Shown here piece after piece: positions 37,666-46,692 of a stretch of DNA of 64,000 bases. This DNA comes from a bacterium (GTDB lineage Bacteria > SAR324 > XYD2-FULL-50-16 > G965216635). A program made the position numbers and the translations under genes. Numbering within the stretch: position 1 is the first letter of the stretch; each line of letters begins with the position of its first letter. Where the stretch lies: contig OZ244188.1 of assembly GCA_965216635.1 (NCBI GenBank), positions 1,568,001 through 1,632,000 on the forward strand. The letters run 5' to 3'. The notes below the pieces were generated by a model that saw only the letters and a program-made list of their open reading frames with translations, searched no databases and had not been told where the DNA came from.

Positions 37666-38706
37666 CTATAACCCTATTGGGTGCATCCAGCCATAAATAT
37701 CCTCTGAAATACCCTGTTGGATTTCGGTTAAGGTTTTGTGTATTTCCTGTAGTATAGGTGCGGATGAATTAAATTTATAGCTTTTTTTATCGCAGATAAT
37801 CTCTTCTACAGGAGCCAAAACTGCTGCTGTGCCACAAGCTCCTATTTCTGCAAAATTGTCTATTTCCTTAAAAAAATCTATTGCTCTTTCTTCTGTCTGA
37901 AGACCTAACTTTTCCTTTGCAATATGCATCGCAGATTGTCTAGTAATACTCGGCAATATACTATTTGATTTCGGTGTAATCAATTTGCCCTCTTTTGTTA
38001 GAATTATTATATTAGTAGCACCTGATTCGTCTAGGTAGCGGTTGTGTTTAGAATCCAAATAAAGCACTTCGTTAGCTCCTTTTTTAGCTGCCTCTTTTCT
38101 TATCCATAGACCAGCCACATAATTTGCTCCTGCTTTAAAAGAGCCTATACCTTGAGGGGCTGCTCTATCAAAAGATTGAGCTAGGTAAAGTTTAATAGGT
38201 GTCGTTTTTCCAGCTGTAAAGTAAGGTCCTACAGGGGATCCAAAAACACGGAACTGATATTCTGGAGCAGGAGTCAAGCCTAGCATTTCACCTACGCCTA
38301 TAAGTAAAGGACGAATATAAAAAGAAGCTCCAAATCCAAAAGGAGGCACCCAAGCTTGATTGGCTTGTACTGTTTTTTTGACTGCTTGTAAAAAAAACTC
38401 GGTTGCTACCACAGGCATTAAAAGTCTTTTGGCTGTTCTTTGCATTCTTTTAGCATTTTCTAAAGGACGAAAAAGTAATATCCGTTCATCTTCTGTGCAG
38501 TAGGCTTTTAATCCCTCAAAACACTGCTGCGCGTAATGCAAAGAACCAGAACCTTCGTGCAGATGTATTTCATTATCCTGTATGAGTTTGCCTTCGTTCC
38601 AATCTCCGTTTTTATAAGTAGCTAAAAAGCGGTAATCTGTTTTTCTATAATTAAAGGGTAGGTTAGCCCAATCTATATTTTTTTTTTTAATTGTTTTGTT
38701 GCTCAT
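37666..38706 (-). CDS. ilvE: Branched-chain amino acid aminotransferase
   Basis: LHYAQQCFEGLKAY, YIRP, KAGANY, ILPSITR, CGTAA. Confidence 0.96.
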   Translation of the reverse strand: MSNKTIKKKNIDWANLPFNYRKTDYRFLATYKNGDWNEGKLIQDNEIHLHEGSGSLHYAQQCFEGLKAYCTEDERILLFRPLENAKRMQRTAKRLLMPVVATEFFLQAVKKTVQANQAWVPPFGFGASFYIRPLLIGVGEMLGLTPAPEYQFRVFGSPVGPYFTAGKTTPIKLYLAQSFDRAAPQGIGSFKAGANYVAGLWIRKEAAKKGANEVLYLDSKHNRYLDESGATNIIILTKEGKLITPKSNSILPSITRQSAMHIAKEKLGLQTEERAIDFFKEIDNFAEIGACGTAAVLAPVEEIICDKKSYKFNSSAPILQEIHKTLTEIQQGISEDIYGWMHPIGL

Positions 38707-38860
38707 GTCTTTTACATTTCTTTTTTAGGATATCGCCAAGGTTTGTAGTGCCTAGTCGCATTATTGTGGCACTACGATATTCTTGGTATACCCAAATTTT
38801 TTTTCGCACCTGTTCTAACCATTTGGCTAGCCCCAATAGTGGGGGTAAGCATCGGCGGAA
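38707..38860 (-). mobile_element. Partial composite MITE between the capD-like gene and ilvE
   Basis: Reverse complement of ccccactattggggctagccaaatggttagaacaggtgcg...gtagtgcc..ggcactac. Confidence 0.85.
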
Positions 38861-38899
38861 AAGAATTTTTATAACACTAATTCAAATATCTAATAATGT

Positions 38900-40792
38900 C
38901 TAATTCAAAGATCCCTTTGAGTTTAAATTGCGATGTATTTTCTCTTGAAAAAGAATACTATCTATTGTTTCCACCACCTTTTCCTTATTGTTATCACTTA
39001 CAAAATAAAGCAGTTTGGCAAGCTGTTCTTCCAAAATCGCCCCTGGTAGCTGTTCTTCTTTTACCCTGTATATTTTCGGGTGCTGGGTTTTTTCCATAGT
39101 TTTAGGATCAATTAAATTTTCTTCTACAATTTTTTCTCCTTTTTTTAATCCCCCAATCTGAATAGCAATATCTTCTTCTGGAATATAACCGTGCAGGCGA
39201 ATTAGATTATAAGCTAAGTCGTATATTTTTATAGGGCTACCCATATCCAAATGAAAAATATCATTAGTTCTAGATAAAGCACTCCCTTGAATCACTAAGG
39301 TTGCAGCCTCTGTTAAAGACATAAAATAGCGAACTGCATCTTTATGAGTAACTCGGATAGCTTTTTTTTTTTTTATTAATTCTTCAAAACGAGGAATAAC
39401 AGAGCCGCTAGAATAAATCACATTACCAAAACGAACAATCGTAAAATTTTGTTTTTCTAAATTAAGAGCAGGGTTTTTCGCTAAAAAAAGCAGTGCCAAT
39501 TCTGCGATTCTTTTACTTTTTCCCATAATACTTGTAGGGTTAATTGCTTTATCTGTGGAAATTAAAACAAATTTTTTGCCTTTGTATTCAAGAAATTTTT
39601 GTAACACCCGCATAGTACCAAAAACATTGACTAGAACCCCCTCCACTGGATTTTTCTCTACAATATTGACATGTTTGTAAGCTGCTGCGTGATAGAGTAA
39701 ATCTATAGAATGATTAGAAAAAATATATTCCAGTTTCTTTAAGGATAAAATATCGCAGAGATAGGTTTGATAATTTTTAAAATTTTTATCCTTTAAAAAA
39801 TTTTCTATAAGGTAAAGAGATTCTTCGTCGTTATCTATGAGAATAATAAATTTGGGATTGTAGGCTAAAATGGTTTGACAAATAGAGCGACCAATAGAGC
39901 CTCCAGCACCGGTAATGGCGATAACCTTATCACACACTCCTTTTTCCAATAGATGCTGCATGGGAGTAACTTCTTCTCTACCAATCAAATCTTCAATACT
40001 AAGATTTCGGATTTCTAAATTTTGTGGCTCTAGAGAGCTATAAAGAGAAGAGATAATTTTAATGGAAATAGGATAAGTTTTTAAACAATCAAAAAGTTCC
40101 ATCAAGCGGTTTTTAGTAATAGAAGGAGTGGCAATTATGAGTTTTTCTACTTTATTCTTGGAAATTATTTTTTCTAGTTCAGAGGAACTGTAAATTTTTA
40201 TCCCCGCTAAATTTTGTCCTTGTAAATTTTTATTATCGTCTATAAAAGCTATTATATTTTCTTGGTGGCTGATAAGTTGTAAAAGTTTTCCTCCAGTCTC
40301 GCCAGCCCCAAAAACAATAGTTTTGGATTCTTGTTTTTTTTTTGTGGATTGCTTTGCCTCACTTATCAAAGAATGAATAAAAAAACGCAATCCACAAATT
40401 AGAAAAAGAACGAGAAGATAATCAAAAACAATAATCAAACGAGGAAAATTGATAGAAAACAAAATTCTATAAAAAATGGTGCTTATAAAAATTATAGGTA
40501 AAGCACAGCTCAAGGCTTGACAAGTTTTTGTAATAACTATATTGAGAGAGTAGTATAAAATAGAACGGTAAATTCCAAATAGATACAGAAACAAAATCTG
40601 CACAAAAACCAAAGATAAGACTAGTCTCCAGTGAAGAATGAAACTATCTAAGGCGAGAAACAGTTCCAATCTTAAGAAAAACGCAAGAAATAACCCGAAA
40701 AAAAGAGTAAAAATATCTAAAAAGAAAAGAATCCACCTTTTTTGACTACGGCTGATTTTAGAATAGAGGTGGTTTATGAATTTAAGTCCCAT
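38900..40792 (-). CDS. Membrane-bound UDP-GlcNAc 4,6-dehydratase (CapD/PglF/WbpM family)
   Basis: 4 N-terminal TMs, TGAGGSIG, HAAAYKHV, STDKA, RFGNV, RYFMS..EA. Confidence 0.93.
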   Translation of the reverse strand: MGLKFINHLYSKISRSQKRWILFFLDIFTLFFGLFLAFFLRLELFLALDSFILHWRLVLSLVFVQILFLYLFGIYRSILYYSLNIVITKTCQALSCALPIIFISTIFYRILFSINFPRLIIVFDYLLVLFLICGLRFFIHSLISEAKQSTKKKQESKTIVFGAGETGGKLLQLISHQENIIAFIDDNKNLQGQNLAGIKIYSSSELEKIISKNKVEKLIIATPSITKNRLMELFDCLKTYPISIKIISSLYSSLEPQNLEIRNLSIEDLIGREEVTPMQHLLEKGVCDKVIAITGAGGSIGRSICQTILAYNPKFIILIDNDEESLYLIENFLKDKNFKNYQTYLCDILSLKKLEYIFSNHSIDLLYHAAAYKHVNIVEKNPVEGVLVNVFGTMRVLQKFLEYKGKKFVLISTDKAINPTSIMGKSKRIAELALLFLAKNPALNLEKQNFTIVRFGNVIYSSGSVIPRFEELIKKKKAIRVTHKDAVRYFMSLTEAATLVIQGSALSRTNDIFHLDMGSPIKIYDLAYNLIRLHGYIPEEDIAIQIGGLKKGEKIVEENLIDPKTMEKTQHPKIYRVKEEQLPGAILEEQLAKLLYFVSDNNKEKVVETIDSILFQEKIHRNLNSKGSLN

Positions 40793-40798
40793 ATAGTG

Positions 40799-41166
40799 TA
40801 GACCTTTGAATTTTCGTTATGTGACGGCTAGCCAAATGGTTAGAACAGGTGCGAAAAAAAATTTTAGCTCGTAGGAATATCGTAGTGCCATAATAATAGG
40901 ATCAGGCACTACAAAACTTGCATAATCTAAAAAAGAAATGCAAAAGCTCCAGTGGAGCTTTTACTATAACCCTTATGAAATAGATAGCAAAAGAAAAGTA
41001 TTTCAAGAGTTAAAAATTTTTTTTAATGGCGTCTTGCAAAACACTACAAAATTTGCATAATCCAAAAAAGGACTGTAAAAGAGCCAGCGGCTCTTTTACT
41101 AAAGATTGTATAAAGTGACAGCAATAAGCTTGTTTTGGCTAAACAGAACGCAAATTCAAAAGTCTA
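40799..41166 (+). mobile_element. Longest composite MITE (368 bp) with two nested module sets, TSD TAGTG
   Basis: TIRs tagacctttgaattt / aaattcaaaagtcta; tagtg on both flanks. Confidence 0.92.
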
Positions 41167-41186
41167 TAGTGTTTTAAGATTTATCT

Positions 41187-41990
41187 ATGAATAACAATAC
41201 ACCAAAAAATCAAATTTTTATAGTTAGTTTAGCAAAAATACATCTTTATATAATTTTCACTATTTTTCTTTTTTTTAGTTTAGTATTTTTTTTTAGTGAT
41301 TTAGATTTAAAAATTTCAGCAAAATTTTATCATTTTGAGACAAACAGCTGGGTAAACAATCAAAACTCTGCTATTCACTGGATATATGTATTCGGGCCCC
41401 TACCTCAGATTTTATTATTTAATTTTGCCTTTATCGGTTGGATTTTTTCTTATCTAAAATCACGGTGGGTGAGGTTTAGACGCCAGTACGGTTTTATAAT
41501 ACTCACAATTTTAGCATCGGAATTTTTTGTAGAAATTTTCAAACATACTTTTTCAAGACCCCGTCCTAGAAATATTGAACTTTTTGAGGGAAATTTTCCT
41601 TTTACTCCTCTTTGGGTAGTAGGAGAACAAGGTTTGAGTTTTCCTTCTAGCCACGTCAAAAGCGGTTTTATTTTTGTTATGTTGTTTTATTTGTTTTATC
41701 CAAAATACAAAAAGCCCGCCTTTATTAGCCTAGTTTTTAGTTTAGTGCTGGGTGGAATTTTGTCCTATACCCGAATACTACAAGGGGGACATTTTTTATC
41801 CGATTGTATTTTTTCATTTATTCTTTCCCATTTCATAGTTATTGTATTTGTTTTCTTATTTCTGGAGCAAAAAAAAAAAACAGCTGATTTTCAAGCTATT
41901 TTTTCAACACCAAAAAAACTTTTTCTTTATTTTCTAGTTTTTACGATTCCTATTGTTTTTTTAGTAGCTTATGTTATAGCATTTTTTTAA
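41187..41990 (+). CDS. PAP2-family membrane phosphatase
   Basis: K..FSRPRP, SFPSSH, RILQGGHFLSD. Confidence 0.9.
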   Translation: MNNNTPKNQIFIVSLAKIHLYIIFTIFLFFSLVFFFSDLDLKISAKFYHFETNSWVNNQNSAIHWIYVFGPLPQILLFNFAFIGWIFSYLKSRWVRFRRQYGFIILTILASEFFVEIFKHTFSRPRPRNIELFEGNFPFTPLWVVGEQGLSFPSSHVKSGFIFVMLFYLFYPKYKKPAFISLVFSLVLGGILSYTRILQGGHFLSDCIFSFILSHFIVIVFVFLFLEQKKKTADFQAIFSTPKKLFLYFLVFTIPIVFLVAYVIAFF

Positions 41991-42112
41991 TTTAGACAGC
42001 TGTATTACTTAGCTAGACTTTTACAAAAAGACGCTGCGACTAATTCAAAGGTTGCTAACAGTGTAAAGGTAGGCAATTTAAAGAGCTTTTATTTCTTAAA
42101 TAAAAACTTAAA

Positions 42113-42358
42113 ATGAAAAAAGATAAAACAAAATTTTACCTTACTCTCAGTACTATGGGGTTAGAAATGGGTTTGTCTTTGGTAGTTGGTTTTTTTCTAG
42201 GAAAATTTTTAGACGAAAAATTAGCAATTACTCCGTGGGGGAGTATTATGGGATTGCTTTTAGGATTGGTTGCTGCTTTTCGTTCTGTCTACCAAAAAAT
42301 CCGCAAGCTACAAAAGTGGATGATAGAAGAAAATTTAGAAAATAAAAATCAAAAATGA
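42113..42358 (+). CDS. AtpZ/AtpI-family (ATPase gene1) protein
   Basis: GLEMG..LVVG..LG..LD...PW...GLLLG, two TMs. Confidence 0.8.
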   Translation: MKKDKTKFYLTLSTMGLEMGLSLVVGFFLGKFLDEKLAITPWGSIMGLLLGLVAAFRSVYQKIRKLQKWMIEENLENKNQK

Positions 42359-42630
42359 AAAACAATCAGTTAAAATTATTTTGGGGATGCTTCTTACTCT
42401 TGTTTGTCTTTGGAGTGATTTTTTTAGCTACTCTTTTTCTTTTTGGAAAGAGCGAATATTTATTACTAGGAGCGATAGCTCAGGTAATGATTTTGGGTAA
42501 CTTTTTTCTTTGGCGCTATTCTGCGAAATGGCAAAAACTACTCCGCCGACCGCTACTATTATTTTTTGTTTATCTACTAAAAATCATTCTTTTTATAGCT
42601 ATACTAGCTGCCGCCTCCCATTTCTTTTAG
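42355..42630 (+). CDS. Probable ATP synthase subunit I-like membrane protein, possibly truncated
   Basis: 3 TMs, overlaps the atpZ stop, NFFLW and YLLK motifs. Confidence 0.5.
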   Translation: MKNNQLKLFWGCFLLLFVFGVIFLATLFLFGKSEYLLLGAIAQVMILGNFFLWRYSAKWQKLLRRPLLLFFVYLLKIILFIAILAAASHFF

Positions 42631-42798
42631 CAGTTTTTTTGGTTTTATTTATGCTTTTTATTTTTTGGGGACTTGACTTTAAAAGAAGAATTTGCCAAAA
42701 TAAGTTTGCCAAAATAAATTTGCCAAAATAAGTTTGATTGCTATGATGTTTTTAGGTAGAATTTGAATATTTTTAAGGTAAAAATCTCTTTTTTAGTA

Positions 42799-42827
42799 TT
42801 GACTCTAAGGGAGAATCATAATATTAT
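42799..42827 (+). promoter_or_regulatory. Sigma70 promoter followed by an ATAGAT-N5-ATCTAT palindrome
   Basis: TTGACT-17-TATTAT; same layout at 43880-43908. Confidence 0.65.
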
Positions 42828-42895
42828 AAGGTTTTTAGATAGATTTTAGATCTATATTTTCTTTTTTCTGTGTTTAATTTAAATTGAAAAATAAA

Positions 42896-43462
42896 ATGTT
42901 AAGAACAGCTACAGCACAAAAATTCACTTCTACCAAAATCTACGATCTTTTGATTGGACTAGGTGCAGAAAAAAAGAGAGCAGAGATTGCTATTGGAGAG
43001 TTTGTAGATTTGGTCCCAAAAGCTTTGGCTTCTAGTGCAGCAGAAACGGGTTTGGATACCACTCTTCCTACGGATAAAGGGGATATCTGGAGATTGGAAT
43101 CCATCATTTCAGAGAACAAAAACGACTTGACAAGAATAATAACAGACAACAGAAACGACCTAGAAAAAATAATAACAGACAACAGAAACGACCTAGAAAA
43201 AATAATAACAAAAAACAGAAACGACCTAGAAAAAATAATAACAGACAACAGAAACGACCTAGAAAAAATAATAACAAAAAATAAAAATGATACAGACAGA
43301 ACAATAACAGACAACAAAAACGATACAGACTTAAAAATAGAAAGAATGAGAACAGAAGCAGAAAAACACAAAAACGCTTTATTGATTATAGGAATTTCAA
43401 CACAGCTAGCAGTTGGTGGGCTGGTTGTGGCTGTATTACAGCTTTTAAAAGTTTTGAGTTAA
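42896..43462 (+). CDS. Bdr/DUF1640-like 11-residue-repeat coiled-coil protein with C-terminal TM (copy 1)
   Basis: NDLEKIITDNR repeats (33 bp); ATG at 42896 matches the start of copy 2. Confidence 0.8.
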   Translation: MLRTATAQKFTSTKIYDLLIGLGAEKKRAEIAIGEFVDLVPKALASSAAETGLDTTLPTDKGDIWRLESIISENKNDLTRIITDNRNDLEKIITDNRNDLEKIITKNRNDLEKIITDNRNDLEKIITKNKNDTDRTITDNKNDTDLKIERMRTEAEKHKNALLIIGISTQLAVGGLVVAVLQLLKVLS

Positions 43463-43627
43463 TAAAGTAGCAGAAAAGTTTAGCTTAGCTGCAAAATGTA
43501 TTTTGGTGAGGGGATATTTTTTTCCCCCTAACCTGAAGGGGACATTTTTTTTTCAATTATTTCTGTAGGGGCTGTTTTTTTTCCCAACCTGTAGGGGATG
43601 TTTTTTAAAAACCCGTCCCACAAATAA

Positions 43628-43752
43628 AATTAGGCATTATAGGAAGGCTAGGCAAGACAAAAAAAAAATTTTAGCTCGCTGGAATATATGTAATATTTCA
43701 AGAGTTAAAATTTTTTTTTAACGCCGCATAGCCGAACTAGAATGTCTAATTC
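43628..43752 (+). mobile_element. MITE subfamily 2 variant
   Basis: aattaggcattataggaagg...ttagctcgctggaata...tttcaagagtt...agaatgtctaatt. Confidence 0.8.
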
Positions 43753-43755
43753 AGC

Positions 43756-43836
43756 AAAAAATGTGTCCCCGCATTCCACAAATACATCTTATTTAAGAAC
43801 GGGGACACATTTTTACTTTGTAAAAAAATGTCCCCT
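43756..43836. repeat. REP-like GGGGAC/GTCCCC palindrome cluster (second copy at ~45506-45600)
   Basis: aaaaatgtgtccccg...cggggacacattttt...aaaaatgtcccc. Confidence 0.7.
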
Positions 43837-43879
43837 GCAATATTTTTGTTTTTTTATTGGTTTTATTGGTTTTTGAGTG

Positions 43880-43908
43880 TTGACTTTAAAGGAGCATTTG
43901 ATTATTAT
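43880..43908 (+). promoter_or_regulatory. Sigma70 promoter of OMP paralog B, homologous to the Bdr-like gene promoter
   Basis: TTGACT-17-TATTAT, then tagatagattttagatctatattttc. Confidence 0.65.
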
Positions 43909-43976
43909 GAAATTTTTAGATAGATTTTAGATCTATATTTTCTTTTTATCGTGTTTAATTTAAATTAAAAAACAAA

Positions 43977-45458
43977 ATGTCAAATAAAATTATAGGTAAA
44001 ATGCCAAATAAAATTATAGGTAAAATTACAGGTAAAAATTTTACTGGATCGGGTGCTGGTTCGTTTAAGGGTAGGTTTGCGGGCTCGGTTATGGGTAGGT
44101 TTGCGGGCTCGTTTATGGGTGTGTTTTTAGTAGGTTTGCTTTTTTCTCTTGTAGCAGGGGTAGGAAATTTACAGGCACAGGAGAGACAGCAGGGTTGGTT
44201 TGTGGGTGTTAGTCCTTTTGTGATGGATGTGAAGCTCAAAAAAACAAGCAGGATAAAAAAAACAAGCAGGATAACAGGTGAGGAAAGGACGCAAGGGCGC
44301 GAATTAGTAACTGAGGATGTAGGTGTTTTTGATGCGAATGCTATTAGCTACGACGCCACTGTGCCTAACTTTGATTTTAGTAACGTCTACAAACAACAAT
44401 TTGGGGGTCCTAATGACAACCAAGCAGTTGTTATTATTGCAATGGATCATGCTATATCCTTGTGCCAGAGCGGTGTAATACCCACAATAGCTACCCCAGA
44501 TACTGGTCACAGTAACTCACCTATCATATCTTTGAATAACTACGCCACAACGGACAACTTCACAGGTGATCTAGCTGATCTAAGGCAACTCTTACAAAAT
44601 ACACCAGCAACAACCATTGACACTGGAGCAGCAGCTCAAACTGCAGCAGCCCCTCTTTGTAAAACTTTTTTTAATTCTCCTTTAGATCCCTCTGATCCAG
44701 TGACAACCGTGCTCCCAGACATGATAAAAATACTACCAGAGGAAAGCATAGACTCAGACAATTCACCAAAACCCACAGACAAAACCACAGAAGAAACCTC
44801 AAACCTCAAGGGAACAGGAATCTCGTTCGGTTTTAACTTTGAAAAATACTCCGTGTCTTTTAACCAACTCCAATGGAGCGCAGGAGACGACAAACTGCAA
44901 GCCCAAGTGCTTTTAGCCCGTTACTTTCTACCCAACGGTCTTTCTGTAGGAGGTGGTTTAGCGAGCGCAAAGCTAGACACTTCTTTTGGCTCGGCGTCGG
45001 GCACAGCCCCCGCCTTGCATTTTGCCTACAATTATCCCGTTACAAAAAACTTGCAGATTCAGGTAGGTTTATTTTGGCTAGGGCTAGATCTTGCGGTAGC
45101 AGATACCCAGAGCACTAGTTCTGCTCCTATAACTACTACTTCTGCTCCTATAACTACTAGTTCTGGTCCTATAACTACTGCTCCTACTTTCCAAAGGAGA
45201 GCCATCGTTGGTCTGACGCGAGCCGTTGGAAACAACGCCAATAACTACCGGGCGAGATTCATTCCTTCTAGCAGCACTCCCTACGATACTAGAATAGTGG
45301 TTACTGCAACGATTCCCAGGGGAGTGAACAGAACAACGACTACCACTACTACAAAGACTGTCAGCACTACAAGGACTGAAAGCGAAACCCACCACCAAAC
45401 TGCAGAAATCAAAAACCCCGCCACCCTTAGCATAAAATTCATCTGGCGCTTTCGTTAA
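43977..45458 (+). CDS. Predicted outer-membrane beta-barrel protein with two large inserts (paralog B)
   Basis: AQERQQGWFVGVSPF, QWSAGDDKL, C-terminal IKFIWRFR; homologous to 20116-21324. Confidence 0.78.
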   Translation: MSNKIIGKMPNKIIGKITGKNFTGSGAGSFKGRFAGSVMGRFAGSFMGVFLVGLLFSLVAGVGNLQAQERQQGWFVGVSPFVMDVKLKKTSRIKKTSRITGEERTQGRELVTEDVGVFDANAISYDATVPNFDFSNVYKQQFGGPNDNQAVVIIAMDHAISLCQSGVIPTIATPDTGHSNSPIISLNNYATTDNFTGDLADLRQLLQNTPATTIDTGAAAQTAAAPLCKTFFNSPLDPSDPVTTVLPDMIKILPEESIDSDNSPKPTDKTTEETSNLKGTGISFGFNFEKYSVSFNQLQWSAGDDKLQAQVLLARYFLPNGLSVGGGLASAKLDTSFGSASGTAPALHFAYNYPVTKNLQIQVGLFWLGLDLAVADTQSTSSAPITTTSAPITTSSGPITTAPTFQRRAIVGLTRAVGNNANNYRARFIPSSSTPYDTRIVVTATIPRGVNRTTTTTTTKTVSTTRTESETHHQTAEIKNPATLSIKFIWRFR

Positions 45459-45738
45459 GGAAGCTTCTGGAAAATGCCTATCATAAGGGAGCTTTAAAAA
45501 ATCTGAAGGGGATGTTTTTTAAAAACCCGTCCCCGCATTCCACCAAAAAATCTTATTTAAGAACGGGGACACATTTTTACTTTGTAAAAAAATGTCCCCT
45601 GCAATGCATTTGTTTTTTTATTTGGTTTTTTCTTTTTTGGGGACTTGACTTTAAAAGAAGAATTTGCCAAAATAAAACAGCCAAATAAAACAACCAGCTA
45701 TAAAAACTTTAAAAAAATAAAATGTTAAGAAATATAAA

Positions 45739-46359
45739 ATGTTAAGAACAACTACAGCACAAAAATTCACTTCTACCAAAATCTACGATCTTTTGATTGG
45801 ACTAGGTGCAGAAAAAAAGAGAGCAGAGATTGCTATTGGAGAGTTTGTAGATTTGGTCCCAAAAGCTTTGGCTTCTAGTGCAGCAGAAACGGGTTTGGAT
45901 GTCACTCTTCCTACGGACAAAGGGGATATCTGGAGATTAGAATCCATCATTTCAGAGAACAAAAACGACTTGACAAGAATAATAACAGACAACAGAAACG
46001 ACCTAGAAAAAAGTATAACAGACAACAGAAACGACCTAGAAAAAATAATAATAGACAACAGAAACGACCTGGAAAAAATAATAACAAAAAACAGAACCGA
46101 CCTAGAAAAAATAATAACAAAAAACAGAAACGACCTAGAAAAAATAATAACAGACAACAAAAACGAAACAAACCTAAAACTGAAAGATATTGAGAGTAAA
46201 ATCGTAGACAGCAATAACGCTACAGACTTAAAAATAGAAAGAATGAGAACAGAAGCAGAAAAACACAAAAACGCTCTATTGATTATAGGAATTTCAACAC
46301 AGCTAGCAGTTGGTGGGCTGGTTGTGGCTGTATTACAGCTTTTAAAAGTTTTGAGTTAG
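45739..46359 (+). CDS. Bdr/DUF1640-like repeat coiled-coil protein (copy 2)
   Basis: Near-identical to copy 1 outside the repeat tract. Confidence 0.82.
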   Translation: MLRTTTAQKFTSTKIYDLLIGLGAEKKRAEIAIGEFVDLVPKALASSAAETGLDVTLPTDKGDIWRLESIISENKNDLTRIITDNRNDLEKSITDNRNDLEKIIIDNRNDLEKIITKNRTDLEKIITKNRNDLEKIITDNKNETNLKLKDIESKIVDSNNATDLKIERMRTEAEKHKNALLIIGISTQLAVGGLVVAVLQLLKVLS

Positions 46360-46692
46360 AGTAAAAAGTTTAGCTTAGCTGCAAAATGTATTTTGGCGAG
46401 GGGATATTTTTTTGCTGGTATCTTCTCAGGATGCATGCCTTCCTAATAATGCTAAAGTTGGACAAATTTCAAATAGAGAAAAAATAATATGGTTTTTTTA
46501 TTTAGTTTTTTGTGATTTTTCCCTTTTTATTTTCACCTTTTTGTTTTTATCTTTTTGGTTTTTGCGCGCTTGGGCAACCATTGGGCAACCATTCGGAAAC
46601 CTGCGGGCCATACTCCCGAATCTCTCTGTGTTTGATTTGTAATCTGCTGCCTCTTAGTCACCTGATTTAGGCGCCTGATTTTGTCACCTGAT

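Noticed and set aside
42940..43371. Antisense hydrophobic ORFs over the Bdr-like genes (also 45783-46268 and 16541-16909)
   Set aside because: Reverse-strand shadows of A-rich coiled-coil coding sequence.
46412..46642. 76-aa ORF after Bdr-like copy 2
   Set aside because: T-rich low-complexity sequence, weak start and no recognisable motif.
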